The notes beneath the pieces were generated by a model that saw only the letters and a list, made by a program, of their open reading frames with translations, was not told where the DNA came from and made no database searches. A program made the translations under genes and the position numbers. From Rotaria socialis (taxonomy: Eukaryota): a stretch of DNA of 64,000 nucleotides. Positions 40,120 through 52,949 of this stretch are shown here, piece by piece; position 1 is the stretch's first letter, and every line of letters begins with the position of its first letter. The stretch is from contig CAJNYD010000025.1 of assembly GCA_905331295.1 (NCBI GenBank), forward strand, positions 124,001 to 188,000, read 5' to 3'.

Positions 40120-41550
40120 TCTTGTTGGACTTGATGATTATATGTAATTATAAACAACGGTGAATATAGTTTTTGTTCAAATGAGGGTAGATTCGATGAT
40201 AGTACATTATGTCCACGAACAAATGCAACTGATAATCGATTAAACTGGCTTCTTCATTTAAATACCACACCATCAATCGATACTGGACTAGACAGAGATC
40301 ATATTGATAGTATAGTAAATTATTTAAATAAATTTATTTTTAAAATAATTTCTATTTTAGCTACGAATAATGGCTATTATATATATATATATATATATAT
40401 TGAAACATCTTCACCAACTCAATCTAAATGGATAACTCGATTAGAATCAGAAATTTATTATTATAATCGTCCAATATATTTTTTATTTTGGCATAATTTG
40501 TAAGTTGATTTTTAACATATTATTTCAATGATTTTATCTTTTTTCAATTATGATTGAATCAATATCGCCTGTTTAAGCATTTATTTACATGCATTAACAT
40601 CAACTAATTTTATTGACAGAATCATTAGTTTGAATATTAGCTGGACAACAACAAAAATAAGGGAAATATTCATTTGCACATATTCAATGAAATGGACGTT
40701 ATCAAATAATAATCGACGATATTCGTGGAAAATTCTATGAAGATGATGCTATCTGTTAGTGATATTGGATTTTTATCAATAGATTTATGTACATTACAGC
40801 CAGTTGATTTTGGTTCAATTTAAGTATCTCAACAAGCAATAAATTGTGCATTTGAAGAAATTTTTTATCAACAGCAGTTTGATCCAACTGATACCGGACT
40901 AAGTGTAAGTAAGAAAATAAGAAATTAAAAATTAAAATTTTTTTTTGCGATTGATTAGGTGCGGATAATTGGCCGTATTACATTTATATTGGAGCAAGTT
41001 ATACACAAAACGAAGATGATGATGTTGATCTTATATGACCAGTAGTAACAAAAACAAGAAAAATAATGTGTTTTTAATTTTCTTATCATATGCAAATCTG
41101 AGCAAAAAAACATTATGCTTATTGTGTTTTTTTTCTAATAGATGCAGTGCGAATATTGTTTCATTACAAATCTTATCTATTCAAACTATATCTACCGGCC
41201 AACAAGAAATTTTTACTTTGGGAATGTAATGAAACACAAGCAAAAGAATTTCGTGCTGGACAAATTAATTTATGTGATGTTTCATATGATTTTGTTGATG
41301 TGGTGGATGAGATGGAGATGCATGCTGAAGAATTTTCATTTTGTTTTTTATATATTTATTTATTTGAAAATTATAGATTGCCTTTAATAAAATATTTTGT
41401 AACCATTGATGAATGTCCACCTTTACCTTATTGTGATTCTGAAACGTCATTTTGTGGATGAACTAATGATACAACAGGTGATGTCTATTGAACATGTGTA
41501 CAAAAATCAACAAATACAAATGATGCTGGACCAACAACATATCAAATGAA
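40120..41550 (+). pseudogene. Decayed multi-MAM-domain (MALRD-like) gene
   Basis: Exon fragments NWLLHLNTTPSIDTGLDRDH, GYYIYIYIYIETSSP...RLESE...FW, YYIYIGAS, YCDSETSFCG*TNDTTGDVY*...DAGPT match MAM motifs (TPS..TGP..DH, GYYxYxETS, CDFE..CGW); many stops. Confidence 0.7.
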
Positions 41551-42595
41551 AATAGTCACCGCTCGTCATTGACTATCATGCTCGATTAAAAACAACATGA
41601 TAAACAATGATTGGCTTTATTTTTTTTACACAAGATTCTATAATGATCCGATTCTGTTCATCTTTATCTTATCACTTTAGATCTAAAAATCAATGTCTTT
41701 CAAGAAAACAAAACGAAGTGATTGTCCATTTCCTCGTCCCAATGGTCAATACTGTCTTCGAAACGATTTAAACTGGGACAACTTGTGAGTAATACTTCAT
41801 CTGAAGTAACTTTTTAAACATATGACTTTAGGGAGGAACACTTAATGGAAGATCCGCATTCATTATCCAAAGAAAAAGCCAAAATATATGGCAAAATTGG
41901 TTCGAGAGAAACTATCTAGGGAAGACCCATAAAAAAAAGAAACACATTTGTAAGTAACTGATTCTAGTTTTTTTCATGTCTATTCGTTGATTTTCATAAC
42001 CTCATATGCCAGTGATTCCATAATCATCTTCATCGCTGGTACATTTTGTCTGATAAAAATATAGGATAATGTACGATCACAAACTTTTTATTCAATAATG
42101 TTGAATAATTCGCGAAAAAACAAAACTATTGTTTAAATTGTAGTAATGCCAGCGATAACTTTCAGGTATCCGATTGGATGTATATAAAGAAAAGAAGAAA
42201 GATATTCCTCCATCAAAGCTTTCATTGTTCGCTAATAATGAAGAAATATTGATCAATGATCAATGTATTTTCTTATCTGTTCGTCCTCTCCTCTATTTTC
42301 ATTTGTCTTTCGTAAGAAGACTATTAAATGATTGGCAAACATAAACAAAGAGCTTCTCATTAATTATTTTGCTCGCTAATTGGATCTGTCTACGAAATAA
42401 AAAGAATAGAATTGTGAATTTGTTTTGTATTATTATCAGAAAATACACATACCAGTGTTGAAGACGAATATGGAATCACTAATGCAACAAGTTACGAAAA
42501 TGATCGAAAGAATGTCGAATGATCTATTTGGCTCACATGAGCAACCGATCATAACAGTGGTAAGGGTGTTCTTCGTGTGCTACTAGTTTGCTCAA

Positions 42596-42912
42596 CCCAG
42601 GTCGAGCAATCCGACAGTAGGCACCTATCGGAACCCATCCGATCCGACTGGAATCCAATAGGACTTTATCGGATCCTGTCAAATCTTACAGAATTATCGT
42701 TGGATTCCGGGTCAAGGAATCGATGTCGGATCCTCAGTGTCGGATTCCTATGAATTTCAAGGAAAAATCGTTGTATGTCATCGGAAGTTCATAGGATTCC
42801 AACACTGACGATCCGACGTCGATTCCTCGACCCGGAACCCAATATAATTGTATCGGATTGTAGGATATTTTCAGGTTCCTATCGGATCCGATGTCGGATC
42901 AGTCGACCTGGG
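42596..42912. mobile_element. CCCAGGTCGA-ended MITE, AA TSD
   Basis: aa|CCCAGGTCGA...TCGACCTGGG|aa; ATCCGA/TCGGAT motif arrays in inverted arrangement. Confidence 0.85.
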
Positions 42913-43156
42913 AATAATATTGCACCATATTAGTATAACGTAAATGTATTGAAATTGTTATATTCGCTGCAGAAAGATGATATTACTTCTACGAATTTTT
43001 ACATCAATGTACACAAAATGAGCAACGAATTTGATGAGCAAACATTTTATTTATTGCAAAATTTAATGCATTCATTTAGTACTAGTCAGGATATTAGTTA
43101 TGATATCTTATTAATTTTATTAATCGAAAAGGAAAAGCGAAATTTCGAGGAACAAT

Positions 43157-44197
43157 CCCATGTCGCCTCTTTTTTACTAACTGCGTCGCAGCTACGCGCA
43201 GAGCCAATTTTACGTCGTAGTTACGTGTAAATACGGCGCATTGATCGTAGTGAAGACTTTTCTTAAATACTACACCTAATGCGACCCAGATCAGCGTAAC
43301 TGCGTTCTAGTGATCGCATCATACGATCCGTTGTAACTGTAACTGTCCAATTATAAATAATTCCTTCTCATCTGCAATTGGCCACTCTCGAACACTAAAA
43401 CTTAGTCATAGAAAGTTACTATAAAAAGCACTGTTCATCGAAAGTTTGGTTCATAAACACATTCTACTATAAACAGTAGAATACATGTTCCGAAAAATAT
43501 TTCAATATTTTTCTCATTTAAGTTTTATTAATATTTTTTTTATTTTAATTATTATTAATATATTTTTATTTTTCAATTTAAAAAATTTTTCTAGATTTTG
43601 TTATTAATTTTAAAAATTTTAAAAACATTTCTAAAGCTTTTTTTAGGTTTTTTATTTTTAAAATTTTTCTAATCTAAGTTTTTTTCTTTTGTTTATTAAA
43701 TTGTAAATAATTTTTTAAATGTTAATTTTTTGATTTTTACAGATACCTATTTATTATTTTCCTTAATTATTTTATATTTTAAATACTTTTTAACTTTTAA
43801 TTTTTTAGTAATTGTTTTATTTCTCAAGCTTTTGTTTTTAATTTTTTATAAAAAGTTTTAATTTTATAGTTTTAAGTTTTTTATTTTCTGTGCTTAAAAA
43901 TTTTTCTTTTAACTCATAATAAAAATAAGAATGAAAATAAAACCTAATCTGTATCATCTCATGTAGCAACCGCGTTGCATTTCTGCTGCAAAAATGATCG
44001 CGCTCTGACGCGTAATTGTAAAAAAATGCGACTCAGCTACGCGTAACTATGATTCTTTCCCCATAACTACGGGTTATTGCGATTTTTTCATCGTAGTTAC
44101 GCGTAACTATGTCGCAATTTTCCGCAATTATGGGTCACGGTGCGATCACAGTTACGCCGTAACTACGCCGCAGTTTCATCGTAATGAAACATATGGG
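43157..44197. mobile_element. CCCAT-ended non-autonomous element with AT-rich core
   Basis: CCCATG...ATGGG termini; GTAACTACG/CGTAGTTAC subterminal arrays at both ends; T-rich centre. Confidence 0.7.
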
Positions 44198-44646
44198 TTC
44201 AATAATAACAGATTTCATTAAAGATAGTTATCGAACAAATGATGCAAGATTGACGTCTTTACTACGACAGCAAGATTTACTATCTGAATTTAAATTAACA
44301 GAAATCGATGTAATGGACAAAATCTAAACTAAATATTTCAGTCATTTAGCTAATCAGAGTTAAGAAAAAAAATTCATTTACCTTTTTTATAGTCATATTT
44401 TTTTCTCCTTTTTTGTTCTTATTTCTAATAAACATTGAGGGTGTGGGTAGTGATAAAAGGAAATAGCATCCACATGCAAAAACGTAGTACTTCTCGATAT
44501 ATTTAATCCTATTTGAATTGCCCATGAACGCTATTTATTTAAGATCGAAAAATTAAAAATTGTGGTGATGTCTTGCCAGTCATATTTAGTAGTTTATCGA
44601 GGTATTCGCTATGTTTTCACCATTTATTCGTAGCTCGATTTATCTA

Positions 44647-44995
44647 CCCAGTCAGACAAGCAACGAAAACTAACGCGTAAAAACAAAAAACCGTACATTT
44701 TTGCGATTTTATTTTCGTTAAAAATTCTACGCATTTTTACGCGTTATTTTGTTGAAATAAGTGACTTGATAGAGGAAAAACAGCTATAATCCGTACACTT
44801 ACATTGCTTATGAATTATCTATATAGTTTTAAACAAGATGAGTGTACAAATTGTAGCTGTTTTTCATATATCAAATCACTTATTTCAACAAAATAACGCT
44901 AAAAATACGTAGAATTTTTAACGAAAAGAAAATCACAAAAATGTGCGGCTTTTTTTCGCTTTTACGCGTTTTTTTTCGTTGCTTGTCTGACTGGG
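44647..44995. mobile_element. Near-palindromic MITE
   Basis: CCCAGTCAGACAAGCAACGAAAA...TTTTCGTTGCTTGTCTGACTGGG; the inverted similarity extends over about 150 bp. Confidence 0.85.
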
Positions 44996-45518
44996 TTACG
45001 ACCGGTTGTTGCCCAATGGCAACATACAGCCATTCAACATAGAAGCATTGTTCAATTTTAAGAAATACTTTTTTGCTATCTCTATGGCACGATAAGAAAA
45101 TATATGCAAAAGAAGAGTTTTAACTATGCCGCTTCTGGGAGCCGGCTGGAAAGGGTTAAACTTTGAAAATGACGAATATTCATTAAAGAAAAAAGGTTGC
45201 ATGGTTTAAAAAAACAATTTAGTTCGAATTTATTCTCCATTGAAATTCTATCTAGTGACTAAGCATTCGATCATAATACACAATAAAACAGTCACAAGTA
45301 GATAAGATCAAGAAAAGAAGAAAGATGAACTCTTTTGGATTCGAATTAGTCTCACTTAGATTTTAATATGAACAAAGTGTCGCATTTTTAAATTGAAGCT
45401 TATCCTTGAGAATCTCTTCGATGACTATAAGGTTGCAAAGTCAAGATATCATTTTATTTGAAAGCCGATATCGAAAAATACTGAAAACAAGGTACAAATA
45501 TATATGTTTAAACATCAA

Positions 45519-48500
45519 TTAAACATCAGCCTCTGGTACGATAGAAAATTTATGAAATGCATCAAATGAGCCATCCATTGACGGTGATATTTTCCGCATA
45601 TTTGAAAAATCGATTCGAACAGGACTAATTGTGAGTATATCTTCGTTGTTGTGTTGTTTACCAATCGACAACATCTGAGCTTTCGATTTTTCTTTGCGTT
45701 GAAGCGCTCTTGCAGGAAGAAGGCGCCTCTGCTCATGGATTCTCATTCTTTGAATTAAAATATAAAGCATCAGTGTCCAAAAGCCTTCAAAAGCGTTGAA
45801 AACAACGAAGAACCATCCCAATATGTCTGCAGTTTGTTCATCTACAAATGGTAAAAACAGTCCAAAAAGCCAGCCAATACCTTGAGTGATACATGATGCA
45901 ATTAACACCAGTACACATCGCTTCATTCGTTCATAAGTCCCATGGGGCGACTTAGAACGTCTTAGGTGATCAACTAGCCGCTTACCAACGAGCAAAAGCA
46001 TATATATATTCAATATAAGACACAAACAAATCGGTATTGTCACAAAATAGTGAATAACACGACGAGTAAACCAACATATTTTCATTGCATACAGTTGCGT
46101 GATTCCCAGAGATGAATTCGAATTAAAGCCAGCAGCAAATGCAACATATGTGATAGAAATAAAAAAAGAAGTAATAAGAAAAGTATATAGTTGTTTGAAT
46201 GATGCCGGAGGAAATAGATGTACAAAGTTAATATAATTGAAGTAGGCGACGCTTGTTTTAATACAAAACATAAGTATTAGAAGAAAATAGACGAAGAACA
46301 TGAGGATACTAGCATTTAGGAAACAAATTTGTGAATCCTTTGACTCGGGTGACATAAACACAGTCAAAGTAAGAGCAATGTAAAAAATAAATAGAATCAT
46401 CGTTACTGCAGTTGATACAAGTGGTAAGAGATCCTTCGCTTGTAGACTCATAACTGAATTAGTGATTCGAGTATAAATGACATGGATAATCACAGCCAGG
46501 AAGCAAATGATTGAAATAGATTGAAATACGAGTGATGCAATGTCCTGAGCAGTGAGTTTGCCACTTTCTGAGGTTTTCGGCAACCATATAAGAGCAAATG
46601 AAGTTAAATGATTGCAATTACATTCGTATCGGTCCCAAGTAGAATTATAAACCGGCATTGAACATCCTGATTCATTCCAGCTTGCCGTGTGGCTATCGTA
46701 AAAAGAACAAAAGAAATCGACGTTTTTGGTTGGATCTACAACGAAATCTTTCCGAGCGCGGAAATAGAGGGAAATATTCATGCCTGATACAAGCTGCTTA
46801 TCACTGCTTTGAAGATTGGCTACTACAACAGATGATGCCAATTTTCTATTCAGCGTGTCCGTCACATTTAGATATTCAATAGGCTTATCGATCAGCAATA
46901 TTCGGAGAAAATCAATAGAATCGAATGATTTGAGACTATAAATACCACCCACAGAAATATTTGCATTGACATCTCTAATAGAAGACTGCTGTACAACAAT
47001 TTTACCACCACTCTGCGTTAGAAAAACGGCACCTATCATAGGGCTCCTATTATCTATTAAAGGCTTTTGTGACATAATTAACCCGTTTTCAACACTGACG
47101 TTAACGCTAATATTTAATCGAGAAACAGCATAGTCGATGTCATCTGGTGTCAATTTTTCATTTACTATTGTCTGGTTGAAGTATGCAATTAGAGCATTAG
47201 CAATTTCGCTTGCATTCGATTGATTACTACGAATTATAGACACCAGAGAATCCTAGATACAATAACATAAGATAATATAATTTATGTGCTAATCTCACTT
47301 TCATAATAATCTTAAACTTACTTGGAAAGGCGTTGTCGTCTGAGTTGATAAAGTATTCAAACTTGTTGTTTCACTGTTGATGGATGTGAAGAGTTCACGT
47401 GGAAATGTATGGCAAATGGTCGTCGTATGATATGTGGTAGACGTGAAAACCACTACAGGTACTGATGATAGTAATGTTTGCAGACGAGTTGTATCACTCA
47501 ATATCATTTCAGTAACATCAATGTAAGAACTAGTATATCCTGTCCCATAAAACGAAGAAGACTTCATCGGTGTCCCACCTTCAGTTGAAAATGCACCCGC
47601 AGTAGACGATTGATCCGTATTTATTTTCGAAGTCGCTAAAGAAGACGATTGTTCAGTTGATTCTATTGTTGTACTATATGTGAAAGTAACAATATTTATA
47701 TTCGATGCCGACCCTGATTCAGTAAATTCACTCGAGGCTTCACTTGTGGCTCCACTCGAACTACTCGCTATTACTGCGCTTGTCATCTCTGTTGTTGACA
47801 ACACTTCCATACTTGCTCGTGATAGTGTATTATCTGAAGTTGCGCTTGTAGTGTTACTAGTTGCTGAGGTTATTACACTCGCACTTATTGTCGTGGTGCT
47901 TGTTGTGGTACTGGTTGTCGTTGTGGTACTTGTAGTGGTGGTATTTGTAATTGTGCTAGTTGACGTTGTGGTACTCGTAGTAGTGCTAGTTGACATAGCA
48001 GCACTGCTTGTTGTGCTTGTTGTAATCGTGGTACTCGTGGTGCTCATTATGGTAGTTATTGATGTTGTGGTGGTACTAGTTGTCATGGTGGTGCTAGTGA
48101 ATGTTGTGGTACTTGTCGTTATAAAACTGCTGGGTGTTTCAGTGGTTAGTGTGGTAGAGGTTGTCGTTAATGTTGATGTCTGGATACTTGTTGTTGTCAA
48201 TATTGTGGTTGTAGTGATTGAAGTGATTATAGCTGTTTGTGTTGCGATTGATTCAGTTGTGATAGGCGTGGAAGATGTTGTGTCGGCAGAAATTATATAG
48301 CACAACAGCGTGGTGGTCAGTGAGTCAGAAGTAATGAAAAAATTTGCCGTCTGTGGATTTAAAGTTGCTAAAATAAGGCGAGCTAGTTTGTATATGCTGG
48401 TTGATTCCAAGAACTGAAGCCCTCCTCCCTTAGAATCGACTTGCCATTTTGAAGTATAGGTTTGGGCTGAAACTTTCACAAATGAATGGCCTAATGAGAA

Positions 48501-51500
48501 ACGCTTCTGGTAAAAGTTTTAGCCTTGTATACCTCACTAAATTAGACTTATGACTTGTTTTATAGCTTCCGTGAGAATTGCTATAACTTCATGACTATGA
48601 TAGGTGTCGTGGTGGGGTTGGTTTTAAATTAAAGCTAACGTCCGTACACCACTTTTCGTCACACAGAATTTTGAAATTACCTTCTGTTCATTTTTTATAA
48701 GCATTTTACTCGGTATGACTGCTAAAGTAGGTATAGAAAACGCACTAAATCGGACTTTTCTCAGTCCTGGAATCCAAAATCGAAAATCCGTCTGATAAAA
48801 AGTTAGCTATAATTGAGAGCTTTAAAATAAAAAAAATATCTCGGAAAGTTAAAACGAAACGAAAGTTATAGCAATTTTTCTGCTTGAGATCCATGTTTTC
48901 AGACCAACAGTTAGGAATTTTTAGAAAGGTGTAAGGGAGTAAGGGAAATGAAAGAGTAGTTCTTCAATAAGTCTGTCAAAACATAACCTTTTTTCAAATA
49001 ATTCTATATATTCTGAAAGAGGAGGTCACGGGGAATCTTCCTATGATAAAAATTCGATTTCGGTTTATTTCGAAAAATCGACTTTTCTGAGGCGGGGGAC
49101 CTTTAACTCATTGAATTTAGTGGGTAGAAGTATGTTTCAAAGTTTACTCTACTGGAACGAAATTCAGATCAGTTAGGGACGACTGTGGTGAAACGATGGA
49201 TGAATTCGATTACCGTATGTGTATTTTTCTTTCACAATTAAAGGGAAACAATTTTTCCTTTGAATATCCACACTAAGATTTAAAAAAAGAATGGAGTGAA
49301 ATATTTTTGAAGAGTTGAAAGTGCCATATTAGAAAGATAGCACTTTCTTATGGTTTTTCCGCTCTTTAAACTGTTTGGTTGATCATCCTTGGTTCATTTT
49401 CGAGAATGTTGGTAAGGCATATTTATTTTAATATTTATTTGGAATTATCTGAAGTATTATTAAGAAGTTAATTTAATTTTTGTCTTAGCTTGCCAAATAG
49501 ATATTAGATCATTCCGACTAAGATTTAAAAATTCAAAGCTCACATAGTACTGAAAAGCACGGAAAATTCAAGTTTTTGACGATGGTCCTAGAATTAGTTA
49601 CTAACAAAGATCAATGCTTGTATTCATGTGGGTTTCAAGTGAAATAAACTTTTAAGATTTGCTGGTAAAAGTAAATTATGTATCATTGATCATTTGGTGA
49701 AGAAAATCTTATAATAATATCAAGAAAAACAGACTAATGCTTGAGTTTGATTTAGAAAATCGTTTGAAATTCAAAGCGTTCTGAGAGTAAATTGGCTAAA
49801 AGTGGGTATATGTTTTTCTTTATTATGTGTTGGAGTCATTTTGGATCTGGTGTATATCAAAACGTGTAGATTAGTGAGAAAGATAGCTCCCACCTAGTAC
49901 GTTGACCATCTTTTGCATGACAGAAAGTTTTTCCACAGTAAAATATGTTGAGAGAAAACATGTCAGATATATCATAGTTTAGATCATTCATTAATGAATG
50001 TAGATGAATCACAGCAAATATACGTTAATCGAAAATTTTAAGACAATCTTGAATAGATGTCAGTGTTGTGTGAAAGTCTATTTATTTTATGATCTACATG
50101 CACATTAGCTGCCCAGGTGAATGAATCATATGACGGATCCTATCGGATCTGATGGGATTCAGGGTTACGGGTTGACTGTCGGTTCCGACGGTAAAAAACA
50201 TTTTCTTAATTAGGGGTGAATATGTATATTTTCTCATAAGAACACTAGGGTCATACGTTCATGTCGGATTCCGTTAATTTCCAACGCTGGATCCTATGAA
50301 ATTCCTACACCAAGGATCCGACTGTAGGTTCTGATCTCGGAATCCTATGGGATTTCGTTGGTTTTATAGGAATCCATGAATATTTGGCATATTTACGGTC
50401 TGACCCTTGTCGAAATCCGATAGGATCCTAGTCTCGGAATGATTTTCCTGGGTGTGCATGACCATTATGCTAATATCCGTCTGACTGAAACATAGACAGG
50501 GTGAGTTGTATATGATTGAGAAATTGTATCATAATCTTCCATGATGCGATGCTACATTTAAAAACTCATCGAAGACGCTTATTTTGTACATCATTCGATA
50601 TAATATCAGGTGCCGCTTTCAGCAAATAACAAATATTTTAAAATGAATACTGTACATATTATTTTACAGATATTCGTTCAAGATATTTTTTACGTATAGA
50701 AATGATGTAACCAGATAATATTTTAATACCGTTGTGCTTTTATTATTTGAAAAGATTTCACTAGCTTTTGTGGTGAAATGATTGCATATTGTAAAAAGAT
50801 GACGTAAATATTAAGTTTTCTAATCTTTGACAAAGTATCTTCGATCGTGACTGTATAGGTTTGGTAATATTGTCAATTAATTATATCAGACCGATAGAGA
50901 AAATTGTAACCTTATAGGGGTGCAGTCACTCTTGTTTGATTTATTCTCCATCAAAAACATTTGCTCATATATATAATGCTTGATATTTAGATAAGATTCA
51001 AAAATTTGAAAATTTTGTACCAAAAACTAAGAAGTCTTTATGGTGAATATCAGATTGAATAAATGAAACTCACCTAATAAAGAATAGAAAATATCTATTG
51101 GTCATAAGTAGGAGTGAACCATTTAATTTAATGCGAGTTAATTAACGGCGTTAATTAACTAAAAGCATTAATTTTAAATTAACATAAACGTACCACCCCT
51201 AATTCACACAATTAAGAACATTGATAAGTATTGTAGTTGTAGGATACATTACCAATCCATTATTTTTGATCCAGTAATATATTGTCCACAGAGGAAAATA
51301 TTCATGAAGATCAATACTTTCAGTGTGTACTCATTATTGTTTTTCGTCAATATATGAAAGTAAACAGAAAAATGTTTAACGATCTGTCGTCAAATTACTT
51401 TTCTGTTCAATCGATCCAGTGATCGAATCTAATTCCCAGGACTCTAAGCTACTTTTCTATCAACTAGATAACTGAAAATTCATAACAAAATAGATTCCAC

Positions 51501-51791
51501 AGTCTCCACTTTCCATGATCTGAAATGAAAATATTCATGTCTTTGCTCATCATAACTCTTCCATTATAGACCAACTATCGAGTCAAAGAATAACACAGGA
51601 TCATATGAACTAGTAATTATGTCTAAACTTAAATTTCTAGTTTTAAAAGTATTACCTGTATTCCGTGAAGACAATGATGATGATATTGTTTCTTCAGTAG
51701 AGCCTAACTGTGTTGTTATAGGACGAACAAATAGTGCTGTATAGACGAACCACAGTGTAAATAAGATGTTGCTCTGCATAAGATTATTCAT
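45519..51791 (-). CDS. Adhesion GPCR: Thr/Ser mucin stalk + GAIN/GPS + secretin-type 7TM (exons 51791-51656 inferred, 48490-47322, 47252-45519; ~1012 aa)
   Basis: GPS motif CSFYD...WNESGC...CNCNHL|TSFALI, seven hydrophobic helices with ICW and FNAFEGF, Thr-rich ORF 47301-48479 joined in frame by a 69-nt intron. The signal-peptide exon at 51791 is phase-compatible but its link is inferred. Confidence 0.85.
48633..49102. mobile_element. TTAA-flanked non-autonomous element, Kolobok-like
   Basis: TTAA|AG...CT|TTAA; TIR similarity is weak. Confidence 0.4.
50112..50452. mobile_element. CCCAGG-ended MITE, TG TSD
   Basis: tg|CCCAGG...CCTGGG|tg; GGATCC/TCGGAT arrays like the 42596 element. Confidence 0.8.
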
Positions 51792-52372
51792 TTTTAAAAT
51801 AATCTAAAAGCAGATTAGCAGCATATGAAGAATCATGTATTGAGCATGCCAAAAGCATGGCTTTATGTGGTTTTCAATGATTTTTATTCTTCATCCTCTA
51901 AATAATGTTTCAAATATTTTTCGAAAATATGTTTCATTCCTCATCGAGCATCCACAGACGCATCCACCTCGGTACAAAATCAGAAAAAGTGTCAAACAAG
52001 AGAATCAGTAGAAAAAGAATGTTGTTCAATACTTTTAATGTATATGTAACAACATACCGAAAACAATAAACTACCATACGGAATTTAGTAAGTTCCACTA
52101 TGTATGAGAAATTTCTCTAAACCCCTTCAAAGGGATTATCAATTTCCTAAATCACTTAATATACCTTTCCACAGGATTTCGAAAAACTTATTCTTATTCA
52201 AAATTCCTATAATGCTCAGTTTGATGAGTTGTTAAAGTAAAGCTAAATGAAAAATATAAATAAATTGATTTAGTTTAAATAAAAATTACTCATGATTTTG
52301 TTATTGTGATTAAGCTGATTGAAGACGAAAAACGAATATTTCTATGAGACTATAATATACTTGTACATGATA

Positions 52373-52691
52373 CCCAGGTCAATGATTCCGGAGGACGGAT
52401 ACTGTAGGAACCGGCCGGAAAGATGCGGAAAAATCACCGTATCTGACCGGAAAGCATGGGAAAGCACTGGAAACTGGAAGCAGTATTCCAGTTGGAAGTT
52501 ACCGGATTTTTTTCCTGTGGATTCCGGTCAGTTTCCTGTGTTTTCCGGTCAGTTTTCTGTGTTTTACATCTGGAAGCTGATCGGAATCTACAGGAAGAAA
52601 ATCCGGTAGCTTCCAACTGGAATACTGCTTCCAGTTTCCAGCGCTTTCCTGTGCTTTCCGGCCGTTTCCCGCCGTACGTCCACGACCTGGG
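52373..52691. mobile_element. CCCAGGTC-ended palindromic MITE
   Basis: CCCAGGTC...GACCTGGG; long internal inverted arms (CTGGAAACTGGAAGCAGTATTCCAGTTGGAAG and its reverse complement); TSD imperfect. Confidence 0.85.
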
Positions 52692-52949
52692 ATTTTGATC
52701 TTGATATGCAACTAAACGTAGAAATAAAAGCATTATTTAGATGAATATAATATTTACACTTGATTTTTGAATTTGAGATACTCAACTAAATGAAGAGAAA
52801 AAAGAATTATGAATGAAACAAAAATACTCACATACGATTTTTAGCTTCATACACAACTAAATAAATATAAAAAAGAAATACTTATCAAAAACGAACCTTT
52901 ATATTTAACTGCATAGTTTCGAGAAATGGCCGGAACATATAAGGGGGTA

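Larger units (their letters stand above)
41830..44327 (+). pseudogene. Decayed multi-exon gene of unknown family, interrupted by two MITEs
   Basis: Removing 43157-44197 plus 2 bp rejoins ...KRNFEEQ to SIITDFIKDSYRTNDARLTSLLRQQDLLSEFKLTEIDVMDKI*; exon-like pieces lie upstream. Confidence 0.4.

Noticed and set aside
47680..48300. Val-rich 206-aa ORF on +
   Set aside because: Antisense shadow of the Thr-rich mucin stalk (ACN codons read as GTN/NGT).
52319..52785. Five overlapping ORFs with mirrored peptides
   Set aside because: Produced by a palindromic MITE; not transposase-like.
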